This document shows positions 9,565-18,753 of a stretch of DNA of 64,000 nucleotides, piece by piece. Below the pieces are notes generated by a model. The model did not search any database. It was given only the letters and a program-made list of their open reading frames with translations, and was not told where the DNA came from. Positions within the stretch are counted from its first letter, which is position 1. Each line of letters starts with the position of its first letter. A program made the position numbers and the translations under genes. The DNA lies in the NCBI GenBank assembly GCA_052168235.1, contig JBQLZK010000024.1:1-64000 (forward strand), written 5' to 3'. Origin of the DNA: Thainema sp. GTDB lineage: Bacteria; Cyanobacteriota; Cyanobacteriia; Phormidesmidales; Phormidesmidaceae.

Positions 9565-11778
9565 CTAGCTGCTGGCTTCAACGTAGCCCCCGTATCGTTC
9601 TGCTGGTCTCGTCTTCGCCCCATTCGCAACCATACCCAGGACATTAAGCTGGCTCAGCATAGAAGCTGCCTGGTTTAACTCCGTTTGTGTCACCCGATCA
9701 AGCTGCGCAACCAGTAAAACGCCACTACAGTAGGACGCAATCTGTAATGCATCAGCCTTCCCTAGCACAGGGGATGTATCCACTAAAACCAAATCATGTG
9801 TGTTTTCATAGGAGGCAATCAACTCTTGCATTCGTTGGGAACTGAGCAAGCTTACTGGGTCAGATGGCTCCAATCCCGCTGGCAAAACCTCAATATTAGA
9901 GTTGAGCCAAGATAGCTGATAGGGAGAAACAGCGGTGCTTTTACCTGATAAAAACGTTGATAGGCCCTGAGCATCCCATAACAGTCCCAACTTTTCGTGT
10001 AACGTTGGACGACGTAAATCTCCATCGATTACTAAAACCCGTTTACCCAAGCGAGCCGCTGTCAGTGCCAAACCCAGAGTCAGAGTTGATTTACCCTCGC
10101 TAGCTAATGCAGACGTAATGGCTAGCGATCGCAACTGAGACGACGCCTGTACAAACTGAATGTTCTTGTAAATAAGATCAAATGCCTCTCGGAACGGAAT
10201 TGACTGAATAATTTGAACCGTTGGTAAGCTAGACAACTGACTATTGGACGATTCAGCCGTTATAGCTGCCGACAAAACTGACGGTGCTGTATCCGGTAAC
10301 ATACCCAAGAACGGTAGTGCTACCTGCTTTTGCAAGTCGTCAGACGTGTGTACAACCCCATCTACGGCTTCTCGTAAAAAGGCTGCCACTCCACCGAGAA
10401 ATAGTCCAACTACTCCACCTAAAGCTAATGTTTTGACAGGCGATGGACTCAGTTCCTCTACCGTAGGCGATTCTACAATTTGCCAGTTATACCCTCCTTG
10501 AGCAAGTTCCGCACTAATCTGCTCCCGATCCAACAAGAGCTGCTGCAAAACCGCGCGTTCAATTTCAATATCAGGCTGAATGCGATCATATTCTGCAATC
10601 AGTTCTGGAAAACGACTGAGATTAGCCCGTAGTTCCTGTTCAGCCTGAGCTAAATTTTTCCGCCGGATATTCAAGCTCTCCAAACTGGATTGGACTTCGG
10701 CCATTTTGATGACTAAGCTGAGATCTACATCGCTTAATTGGCCAACCGTTAGCAAGTTTTCATCAGTTGTACGTCCTGCGATCGGAGCATCCCCTAGAAC
10801 ATAACCAACCTCCTGACGGAGTAGCGAAAGCTGATTTAACCGCTGATCGATCAAAACCTGAACACTCGGATCTAAATCCGTAAAAATAGTTCGCTGTTGA
10901 GCTAGTTGTAGCTCTGTGGCCTGTAGTTCATTTAGTAAACTTTGAAAGCGCGAAGATTGGCTCAACTTTGCTTGGATAAGCGCCTGCTGAGGAGATAAAC
11001 CAAGCTGCTGTTGCAAAGAATTGAATAGAGCTTGAGCCTGCTGATATTCAGCATCAGCAATTTGTCGCTGCTGCTGCATCTGATTGAGCAAAGACGAAGT
11101 TTCAATCCCCTGTTGCTCTGGATTGATTATGTTCTGATTCGCTCGAAACTGTTCGAGCGATCCTTGAGAACTCTGTAAATTTCGACGAGCACTATCGAGC
11201 TGCTGGTTAATAAATGTAAGTCCTTGTGTTAACCGCAGTTCTTGCCGCTCCAGATTGTATTCTAAGTAAACTTCCTGTAGCGTTTTGAGCACATCTTGCG
11301 CTCGGGCGGACTCAGTATCAAAATAGACTGCTTCAAAAATACGAGTGGCTGTTTTCTCCTCAGCAATGCGTACGAGTTTTAGGTATTGATCTAGAACCTC
11401 TACGCTCAGCTCTGGATATTTGTCCTGTAGTCGATTCACCGTTTCTTGCAATAGCTCTTTACTCCTTAGGAGATTGAGCTGAGTTGCGTAGTCAATTTCA
11501 GACTGGTTTGAATCAACAGACGAGATTGTCGGGCGACCATCTAAATCAGATTGGCTGAGCGACTCCTGAAAATTAGGTTCAACCAGTAGCTGCATAGAGG
11601 ATTGATAGGTCGGTTTTTCGTTTAGGGCAACTACAGTAGCAACTGAGATCGCACTACTAAATACTCCTAGAAACCACCAACGTCGCCGCCAGATAATGCC
11701 AAAGAGTTGTCCATACCCAAATTCAGTTTCCGGTTCTAGTGCGGGATTCACGGCTGGATTTAATGTATTACTTTGCAT
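9565..11778 (-). CDS. wzc: Polysaccharide chain-length determinant / tyrosine autokinase (Wzc/GumC)
   Basis: Two TM helices flanking a coiled coil; Walker A SEGKST, IDGDLRRP, VLVDTSP; C-terminal tyrosines. Confidence 0.9.
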   Translation of the reverse strand: MQSNTLNPAVNPALEPETEFGYGQLFGIIWRRRWWFLGVFSSAISVATVVALNEKPTYQSSMQLLVEPNFQESLSQSDLDGRPTISSVDSNQSEIDYATQLNLLRSKELLQETVNRLQDKYPELSVEVLDQYLKLVRIAEEKTATRIFEAVYFDTESARAQDVLKTLQEVYLEYNLERQELRLTQGLTFINQQLDSARRNLQSSQGSLEQFRANQNIINPEQQGIETSSLLNQMQQQRQIADAEYQQAQALFNSLQQQLGLSPQQALIQAKLSQSSRFQSLLNELQATELQLAQQRTIFTDLDPSVQVLIDQRLNQLSLLRQEVGYVLGDAPIAGRTTDENLLTVGQLSDVDLSLVIKMAEVQSSLESLNIRRKNLAQAEQELRANLSRFPELIAEYDRIQPDIEIERAVLQQLLLDREQISAELAQGGYNWQIVESPTVEELSPSPVKTLALGGVVGLFLGGVAAFLREAVDGVVHTSDDLQKQVALPFLGMLPDTAPSVLSAAITAESSNSQLSSLPTVQIIQSIPFREAFDLIYKNIQFVQASSQLRSLAITSALASEGKSTLTLGLALTAARLGKRVLVIDGDLRRPTLHEKLGLLWDAQGLSTFLSGKSTAVSPYQLSWLNSNIEVLPAGLEPSDPVSLLSSQRMQELIASYENTHDLVLVDTSPVLGKADALQIASYCSGVLLVAQLDRVTQTELNQAASMLSQLNVLGMVANGAKTRPAERYGGYVEASS

Positions 11779-11783
11779 CCGGT

Positions 11784-12914
11784 CTAACCCCCTACTGGTC
11801 TAGACAACAGTTCCAACTCGGTCGAGGTGGAATCTCTTAACACTTCTTCAACGAGCTGATCGACCTTCCGGAAGAATACGGATTCTGTGAAATTATTTCG
11901 GGCATGTTCTCGAATTTGGTGATAGTTCCATTCGATTTCACTCCCCTTTAACAGCGCTGCATGGAGCGCATCCGGAGACTGACGATCGAAAAATAGACCT
12001 GTTACACCTGGAACTTGGCTGTCCAATACACCACCCGCTCCATAGGCAATTACCGGAGTACCACTAAAATTCGCTTCAATTGGTACTAACCCGTAGTCTT
12101 CCAAAGCCGCTACAATTACGGCCTTTGCTTTGGCAATCAGATGCGTCCGCTCCTCATCCGTGACGTGGCCCAGGAACTGAATATTGGGGAGCGCCTTTTC
12201 CTCTAGCCGCTTTCGTTCTGGCCCCTCACCTGTGACAATCAACGGCCAGCCAAGCCAGTTAAATGCTTCTACAATGATGTCTACTCGCTTATAGCTGAGT
12301 AACCGACAGGATGATAGATAAAAATCTTCTTTCTGAGCTGTAAACTTAAACCGACTGTCATCAATGGGATAGTTAATTGTAATGGCCTTTTGCTGATAAA
12401 CTCGCCGAATTCGTTCAGCTACGGTGGTTGAATTTGCTACATAAATATCTGGTTCTTGAGCCATTTCTAAATCAATCTTTTTCATCTGCTGAAAAATTGG
12501 CTCAATCAATGGAGAAAGCAACTGAAATTCTTTGTAGCCCTTTAAGTAAGTCTGCGTATCCCACAGAAAGCGGGTGACATTGTGGCAAAAGCATATATGC
12601 TTAGCATCAGGCCGCTTACGAACTGCTTTGGCAAAGGAAGAGGAGCTGCTCAGAATTAAATCGTAAGCCTGAAGATCTAGTGCTTGAAAGGCCGGAAAAT
12701 ACAGCGGTGCAAATAGGCGAAAGTACTGAGCTGCACCGGGAATGTTTTGCAAACCCGTTGTATGAATAATGCGATCGCGCAGATCGACTGTCCGCTTAGG
12801 ATCGTAGATCGATGTAAAAATATCTGCATCCGGAAAATGGTGACAGAACATTTCAAAAACGCGCTCTGCACCACCTCGCTGAGTTAGGTAGTCGTGAACT
12901 AGGGCAATTTTCAC
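11784..12914 (-). CDS. Glycosyltransferase family 4 (mannosyltransferase-like)
   Basis: MKIALVHDYL-GGAERV and EDYGLVPIEA motifs. Confidence 0.9.
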   Translation of the reverse strand: MKIALVHDYLTQRGGAERVFEMFCHHFPDADIFTSIYDPKRTVDLRDRIIHTTGLQNIPGAAQYFRLFAPLYFPAFQALDLQAYDLILSSSSSFAKAVRKRPDAKHICFCHNVTRFLWDTQTYLKGYKEFQLLSPLIEPIFQQMKKIDLEMAQEPDIYVANSTTVAERIRRVYQQKAITINYPIDDSRFKFTAQKEDFYLSSCRLLSYKRVDIIVEAFNWLGWPLIVTGEGPERKRLEEKALPNIQFLGHVTDEERTHLIAKAKAVIVAALEDYGLVPIEANFSGTPVIAYGAGGVLDSQVPGVTGLFFDRQSPDALHAALLKGSEIEWNYHQIREHARNNFTESVFFRKVDQLVEEVLRDSTSTELELLSRPVGG

Positions 12915-13195
12915 AAAGTAACTTCCTTTATCGGTTTAAGCGTGCATCATGGAGCAGACTCAGCGTATAACCGGAAAATCGCTTAGTAGGACAAGTCAAT
13001 CACAGGAACACGGTAAAAGAACACGAAGTAGGCGTTTTAATCCATCGCTCTGCTGTTCTATTCATCTCAGTAAATTTGCCTGAGCCGCATAAATAGTGTC
13101 AAGGTTTTATGAAGTTCATCCTAAATTGATGAAGAAAGTACGAAGTAAACTTCCAAGAAAGCAAAAATAAGATGTCTCGAATTCCATAAAAAACC

Positions 13196-13227
13196 AAAAA
13201 GAGGAGGTATTTCAAATACCTCCTCTT
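13196..13227 (-). terminator. Intrinsic terminator-like hairpin downstream of the DM13 gene
   Basis: Perfect inverted repeat AAGAGGAGGTATTT-C-AAATACCTCCTCTT, ending in a T run on the minus strand. Confidence 0.65.
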
Positions 13228-13261
13228 CTGAATAGTCATATTAATAACCAATCCAGATAAG

Positions 13262-13324
13262 AACCCAATTTCTCTTTTGTAAAAAGTTTACTGAGTAAAA
13301 CTTTTACAAAAGAGAAATTGGGTT
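13262..13324. repeat. Long AT-rich palindrome, MITE-like family copy A
   Basis: AACCCAATTTCTCTTTTGTAAAA...TTTTACAAAAGAGAAATTGGGTT with a CTGAG centre. Confidence 0.8.
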
Positions 13325-13414
13325 TTCAACCGCTCTTTATGTAATCATGGGTAAAGAGCTAACAACTTTGCCATTGTTATAACGCTGATGGCAAAGTACA
13401 AAATGTGAGCTGAT

Positions 13415-13957
13415 CTACAGGTTTGCTTGGTTATTCATCATCAGATCTGCATAGCCAAAGGTGACGTTGAATTCGCGGCACCAGATGCCAACTGAACCAT
13501 ACTGGCTAATATCCACATCGGCTGGTAGGGCGTAGCGCTGTGCTCCATCAAAGCTTTGCAGCATTGCAACTGTTATGTAATCGCCTTCCGCGATCGCAAC
13601 TGGAACTGAATCACCTTTGTAGAGAATGACTTCAACCGCAGGGCCGCGAGCGGTTGTGAATGCCTCATCAAACACGATGAACCGCTGACCGTTTTCTTCT
13701 ATGATTTGAGCCGTGCCAGCCGTTGGATGATCCTGTTCAACCGTGACAAAACTGCCGGAGGTGAGCGTAGATACGTTGGTCTGTGCAATATCTGGCGAGA
13801 CTTCTACGGAATTAACAGTGTTAGTGCTAACCGGATTAGTTACGGCAACGGTTGCTTGTGGGGATTCTGCGATCGCAGTCTTCAAATAAACGGTGGCTGC
13901 GGTTCCGGCAACGGCTGCAACTGCAATGAGGGCTGTCCAACGAGAAATTAGGCGCAT
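13415..13957 (-). CDS. Exported DM13-domain protein
   Basis: Signal/TM N-terminus; HPTAGTA, GPAV, GAQRY and IWCREFNVTFGYA DM13 motifs. Confidence 0.85.
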   Translation of the reverse strand: MRLISRWTALIAVAAVAGTAATVYLKTAIAESPQATVAVTNPVSTNTVNSVEVSPDIAQTNVSTLTSGSFVTVEQDHPTAGTAQIIEENGQRFIVFDEAFTTARGPAVEVILYKGDSVPVAIAEGDYITVAMLQSFDGAQRYALPADVDISQYGSVGIWCREFNVTFGYADLMMNNQANL

Positions 13958-14103
13958 GACTTGTGGCTCCAAATGTCGGGGAAATAACTCAGCGTTCGGG
14001 CAACGGGCGGTTTTTGTAGTCCGCTGTGTTCTAGTTATCCACCATGTATCTGAAGCTGACCTGATGGCTAGATGAGAAAAATCTCAGTTTTCTTGTAGCT
14101 CTA

Positions 14104-14185
14104 CGAAGTCCGGTTAAAACCCGATGATTTATTTTTTGTAAAAGGTTGGCTTAGCCAACCTTTTACAAAAAATAAATCATCACAG
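14104..14185. repeat. Palindromic MITE-like family copy B
   Basis: CGAAGTCCGGTTAAAACC followed by perfect 28-bp arms at 14123-14181 with a CTTAG centre. Confidence 0.8.
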
Positions 14186-14189
14186 TAAC

Positions 14190-15956
14190 TCAGGCAGAGG
14201 CATCAAAGGCAAAGATACGCTCAATTACATCAGTACGGGTGCGCGGTTGAGCAGGGGAATGGATATGGATGTGCGATCGCAGTTCTTGATCTGTAATTGT
14301 CGATCGTGCAGCTAGGTGGGCAGGTGGAGAAGCGTAATGACGACTAGCGCTCAGGCGTGGCAGATTGCGCTTAGGCGGTAGCTGAGACGGGGAGGCTGCT
14401 TGGGGCTGAGCTGTTGATGTAGGTCTAAAAGCTTTATCTGGAGAAGGCTCTGGCTCTAGTACGGTACTAGGTGCAACTGGTGTAGCTGAACCGTTAGGAG
14501 TCAGTATGACTGGATGAACGGAGATAGAAGCGGGTGCGGTTTCCAAAATTTGCTGAATGGCAGTCATTCGCCGCTCTTGATCCCGCGAAATTCCGGTCAG
14601 TGTGTTACCCAAGCCGGGAGCATTCCACTGTTGGGTATCCGGATCAAGAAAGGCCCGTGTTCTAGCCCACAAAATCGCATCACTGCCGCGCAGCCCCATC
14701 GTTTGCGCTTCGGCCAAGCGAGCCAAGTAACCAGCTTCTCCCAAGGCTGCACGCGGAGCTTGATTGGCTAGATCAAGCCCATTCAGATCTTCTGCAAGGC
14801 TCAGGTCTAACTTAAGCTGCTGGGCCTGCTGCTGGAGCGTTTGATACTGTTCCTGTAAGCGCTGAAGCTGTAGTTCATCAGCAACTTCCGGAGAACTAGC
14901 TCCATGCTGATAGGAAAAGCTGCCCAAGTTCCATTTACCGTTACCTGGATCGTTGTGACCGTAGTAGGCCGGAGTGTGTTCTCCTGAGATAGTGCGAGTG
15001 CCTTCAGCATGGCCGATTGCTCGTGCCACCAAGGAATCCGCTTTACCGGCAAATAGCTGATCGGTGCGAGAAATCGGCTTTGTTTCCGTGCCGCTATTGG
15101 CTTTGGCCTCGTTCTCAGCTTGTGGGTCTAAATCGTTGCTAGGTAAAGGCTCCGGAGTTTGCTCAGATTCCTGATCGGATGCTGATGACTTTGGTGATTC
15201 CTCCGCAGGTGATTCAGTCGTTGATTTAGCTTGAGGCGGCGATATCAAATCCGGTGGAACAGCCGCAACCGTAACCTGCTGATTCTGGCCGATTTCAAAC
15301 CCAATACTGGGACGACTGCCCAAGGCTGGCAAGGACGATTTTTCTGGAGTAGAGGCTTCAGTATTGGACTCGTCATTGGACTTGTCGGACTCGGGTGCTG
15401 TGCCATCAGCGATCGCACTTGAGTCAGCATCCGTTTCGCTTGGCTGTGTTGCAGTAGCGGCATCATCTGGAGACGCATCTTGGCTGGCAGTAGAAGGCTG
15501 CTGAGCAAAGAGCCACGAGGGTTCTAAGTAAGGTGGGGTTGGGGGAACAGCGGCAAACGTTCGGGAATCTGCGCTAGCTAAGGGGGGATTGCCTGCGTAG
15601 TCGGGGACAGGCAAACGCTCAGGAGAGATTGGAAAATCTGGCTGATAGGTCGATTCAGAAAATTGGGGAATGTCTTCGTCTGCGGTAGCTGGCGTAGATG
15701 AAGCATTATCAGTCGGGGCTTGCACGGTTCGATTGGTTAAGGTAGGTGTAGATTGACCTGGAGCTGAATCGGATGGGGAGGACTCTGCCGTCGGAGCTGG
15801 AGCAAGATCAAATTCTAAGCCAATACTGGGGTAAGCCACGGCGACTGAACTGAGGGCTGAACTTAAAGCAGCACTAAGCATACTGACAGCTACTAAAGGC
15901 GTCTTCAGGAAAGACGTTGTCAGCGTGGCGTGAGTCGTTGATTGAAGCTGTTTCAT
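14190..15956 (-). CDS. Exported hypothetical protein with a low-complexity linker and a putative lysozyme-like domain
   Basis: ATG at 15956 overlaps the upstream TGA (ATGA); hydrophobic N-terminal segment; P/S/T/E-rich linker; globular block AIGHAEGTRT...YYGHNDPGNGKWNLGSFSYQH. Confidence 0.7.
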   Translation of the reverse strand: MKQLQSTTHATLTTSFLKTPLVAVSMLSAALSSALSSVAVAYPSIGLEFDLAPAPTAESSPSDSAPGQSTPTLTNRTVQAPTDNASSTPATADEDIPQFSESTYQPDFPISPERLPVPDYAGNPPLASADSRTFAAVPPTPPYLEPSWLFAQQPSTASQDASPDDAATATQPSETDADSSAIADGTAPESDKSNDESNTEASTPEKSSLPALGSRPSIGFEIGQNQQVTVAAVPPDLISPPQAKSTTESPAEESPKSSASDQESEQTPEPLPSNDLDPQAENEAKANSGTETKPISRTDQLFAGKADSLVARAIGHAEGTRTISGEHTPAYYGHNDPGNGKWNLGSFSYQHGASSPEVADELQLQRLQEQYQTLQQQAQQLKLDLSLAEDLNGLDLANQAPRAALGEAGYLARLAEAQTMGLRGSDAILWARTRAFLDPDTQQWNAPGLGNTLTGISRDQERRMTAIQQILETAPASISVHPVILTPNGSATPVAPSTVLEPEPSPDKAFRPTSTAQPQAASPSQLPPKRNLPRLSASRHYASPPAHLAARSTITDQELRSHIHIHSPAQPRTRTDVIERIFAFDASA

Positions 15957-16468
15957 GGGCTTAACATTTGCTCCAAAATATCCAGCGCGGGTTCCACAAT
16001 GACCCAAGTACCGTCCGGCTGACGCCGCAGAGCGGCAAAGTGTAAATATTGTCCTGAGCCGATTTTCTGTCCGGCTTTGAGTGAGCCAAAGCGGGGCCGT
16101 CGCAAGCCACACAGCCGAAATAAATAAGCAGGTATTTCTGGACTGGAATAGACGACACAGCCTTCTGCGATCGCATCCACTTCGCCGGGAAAGGGTGCAT
16201 AGGCTGATCCGCCATCTAGCGATACGGTAATGTCGCCCAGTCCAGCGACAATTTGGTGCCCAGCCACCATTTGACCGGGTTGGAGTTCCCAGTTTTGCTG
16301 CACCTGGAGCGGACGAGGCTGGGCCTGGGGATTAGCCGACTGACAGCTAGCTACTAGCAGTACACTAAACAGGCTAGCTAGCTTACTAAACAGCTTGCTA
16401 TATCTAAGCTTAAGCAACCAAATAGGTAAGAGCCAGCGCAATCGTATATGGGATAGCTGATACGACAT
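15953..16468 (-). CDS. Putative lipoprotein with a degenerate M23/LytM-like domain
   Basis: Lipobox-like LVASC; GLGDI, YAPFPGEV, LKAGQKIG and YLHF follow the M23 layout. Confidence 0.65.
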   Translation of the reverse strand: MSYQLSHIRLRWLLPIWLLKLRYSKLFSKLASLFSVLLVASCQSANPQAQPRPLQVQQNWELQPGQMVAGHQIVAGLGDITVSLDGGSAYAPFPGEVDAIAEGCVVYSSPEIPAYLFRLCGLRRPRFGSLKAGQKIGSGQYLHFAALRRQPDGTWVIVEPALDILEQMLSP

Positions 16469-16469
16469 C

Positions 16470-16958
16470 CTACTCAAAGCTAAAGCGATAGCCAGCATAC
16501 TCGTTGTCCTCGTAGAGAATGACCAGACGTGTTCCCGGCTCGAACTCTAGAGGATAAGCCTCACGTTCAGCGGCTACGCCTGAGCGAATTTCCACTGTTG
16601 GCAACGTGCAATAGGGTTCCTGCACAACTTCTCGCACCTTTTCTTTACTATCCCGTTCTGGAATCGCAAGAAGTTGAAGCAGCTGATCACGGGATAGCCT
16701 TGATTCTTCAGATACAACCTCTTGGCAAGCGCTGTAGCTAATCTCTTCTTCGCCGCCGATATTGAACTTTTCAGGCAAACTACTAAAGTCAAAGAAGATA
16801 CCCATGAAGGCAAACATTAAGCCACCCGCGATCGCAGGTTTGACGATACCACCTGATTGTCGATAAGCCCGTGGTGGTGGAGCATACGCGCCTGGAGCAG
16901 GCGGATAGGACTCTGGGTAGGGTTGATTGTAGGGTTGACCATAGGGGGACTGATTCAT
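16470..16958 (-). CDS. Single-TM hypothetical protein
   Basis: GGAGG RBS before the ATG at 16958; Y/P/Q-rich N-terminus, one TM, C-terminal domain with two Cys. Confidence 0.7.
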   Translation of the reverse strand: MNQSPYGQPYNQPYPESYPPAPGAYAPPPRAYRQSGGIVKPAIAGGLMFAFMGIFFDFSSLPEKFNIGGEEEISYSACQEVVSEESRLSRDQLLQLLAIPERDSKEKVREVVQEPYCTLPTVEIRSGVAAEREAYPLEFEPGTRLVILYEDNEYAGYRFSFE

Positions 16959-17024
16959 GATGCTTCCTCCGATTCCGATAGGGATAAGAAAAGATAAGAA
17001 ACGAAAAACGAGCAAAAAATGGGA

Positions 17025-18569
17025 TTACAACGTTCCTCCCAGCAGTAGGCCAATCATCAGCAGTAGCGCTCGGTAGCCCAACGTCAGCGTTAATTCCGAG
17101 TCAGTCGTCGCTCGGTAGACGGCCCAGCCTGTCACCGCCAAGATCAGACCAATCACCACGGGAGCCGTAAACGGCAGATTGGCTAACATCCAGTCCAATC
17201 CCACTCGTGCGATCGCAGCGCCGGTAATCCAAATTGAAATATCCAGCAGCGAAAAGTCAGGCATTGGAAATGATGATCTAGGTGAGGGCGCAGGCGATCC
17301 GGCAATCGGTGCACGGGGCTGAAAATTGCCTGCTGGCTGTGACCATTGCTGATAGGGCTGCCCAGTTGATTCCCTAGCTGACCGAACTGAGGAATTCGGT
17401 GCTGCTGGATAGAAACTAGATTTTCTGCTTGATGCACGGGCGGCACGGCGCGGAGAAGCCGCTAAGCCAAGCTGTTTACTCAGCGGCTGCCACCACTGTT
17501 GCCACTGCTGCTGTAGCCATCGCAGCCAACCTAGCCAGGCGGGTTGAGTTCCTCGATAGGGGCGCGATCGCAGATGTCGATGCCGCAGTTGAGTGGCCAT
17601 CTCCTCGGCTTCTCGTTCTGCTTGCAGCAGATCAATAAAGCGAGTTTGTACTAGCCACTGCCCCCGCTCATTCTGCTGGATGGCTGGTACCCCCAGCGGC
17701 TGGTTTGACCAGCAGAAGGGGAGTATTACTTGTTGAGAAGGCACTCCCTGGTCTTCCGCTACGACTCGCTGCCAGTGTGCTGCCACTTCAGACATCACCC
17801 GCAAATCACGAATGGCCGTCTCTTGTAGCTGCGCCAGTTGATTAATTTGCTCAATCTGCAGCTGAATCTTTTGCCGACTCTGCTGCCAGCGCTGAGCGGC
17901 TGCCTGTCCTGGATTTGGGGGTGTGGCTACAGCTTTAGTAGATGAATAAACTCGCTCTGTTGAAGATTGGGTAGTTGAAGATTGAGTAAATGAAGGCCGG
18001 GCAGATGTAGCGTGCGCCGTTTGTCCACCCACTTTACTGGGATCTGTTGCTGCCTCACTTTCCTCCGTCGCCGTGTAGTGAGCAATGGCTTCCGCAATTG
18101 TTTGCTCATCAGTTGCAGGGTGATCTGTAGCCTGTTCTGCTGTATCTGTAGAATTAACTGATTCAGCAGATACAGGCCGACTTTGGTTGGCGGGCCGAGA
18201 CCGGATCTGAGCAGGCTGCTGACGATGCGTCTGCCCTTTTTCATGACCATTCGTTGCACCATGACCATTATTTGAACCCATCGTCATGCCAAAGCCAGTT
18301 GCCACGCCATTGGTAGATGGCTGGCTGTGCTGCGATCGCTTTTGGAGAGCCGCGATCGCATTGGCTTGCTGATGAGAACTGGCTTGCTCTGCGAAGTCGG
18401 AATCTGACGGCAGCTCGAACGACAATTCGGTCGCGTCAGTCGCGGCTCGTTCGGCCAGGCGCTGCTGAGGCGTCTGCCAATCGGGTTCGATGACCGGAGG
18501 CAAAACATCATCTTCTTGCAGCGATCGCAATTTAGCTCGAATGGCTTGGAGGTCAGGGGGATGTGTCAT
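17025..18569 (-). CDS. Hypothetical protein with coiled-coil segments and three C-terminal TM helices
   Basis: 514-aa ORF; disordered N-terminus; C-terminal hydrophobic helices. Confidence 0.7.
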   Translation of the reverse strand: MTHPPDLQAIRAKLRSLQEDDVLPPVIEPDWQTPQQRLAERAATDATELSFELPSDSDFAEQASSHQQANAIAALQKRSQHSQPSTNGVATGFGMTMGSNNGHGATNGHEKGQTHRQQPAQIRSRPANQSRPVSAESVNSTDTAEQATDHPATDEQTIAEAIAHYTATEESEAATDPSKVGGQTAHATSARPSFTQSSTTQSSTERVYSSTKAVATPPNPGQAAAQRWQQSRQKIQLQIEQINQLAQLQETAIRDLRVMSEVAAHWQRVVAEDQGVPSQQVILPFCWSNQPLGVPAIQQNERGQWLVQTRFIDLLQAEREAEEMATQLRHRHLRSRPYRGTQPAWLGWLRWLQQQWQQWWQPLSKQLGLAASPRRAARASSRKSSFYPAAPNSSVRSARESTGQPYQQWSQPAGNFQPRAPIAGSPAPSPRSSFPMPDFSLLDISIWITGAAIARVGLDWMLANLPFTAPVVIGLILAVTGWAVYRATTDSELTLTLGYRALLLMIGLLLGGTL

Positions 18570-18611
18570 TGGTGCGAGTTAGGGTGACGCAACATGAACG
18601 TGAATTCAATT

Positions 18612-18677
18612 TAGTACATTTCTACTATAAAATCACTATAACAGCATATCTAGTTGCTGCATAGTACATAAATACTA
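18612..18677. promoter_or_regulatory. Two LexA-like (cyanobacterial SOS) boxes in a divergent promoter
   Basis: TAGTACATTTCTACTA (18612-18627) and TAGTACATAAATACTA (18662-18677); each is one mismatch from RGTAC-N3-DGTWCB. Confidence 0.6.
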
Positions 18678-18753
18678 TTTAACACTCTAACCTTAGCGTA
18701 ATCTATCCAAAAAGAGGAGACTGGAAGGGCAATTCCGCCGCGTCAGAGATTTT

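Noticed and set aside
15957..16112. N-terminal extension of the 640-aa ORF
   Set aside because: It overlaps the upstream gene; the ATG at 15956 with an ATGA overlap is the more plausible start.
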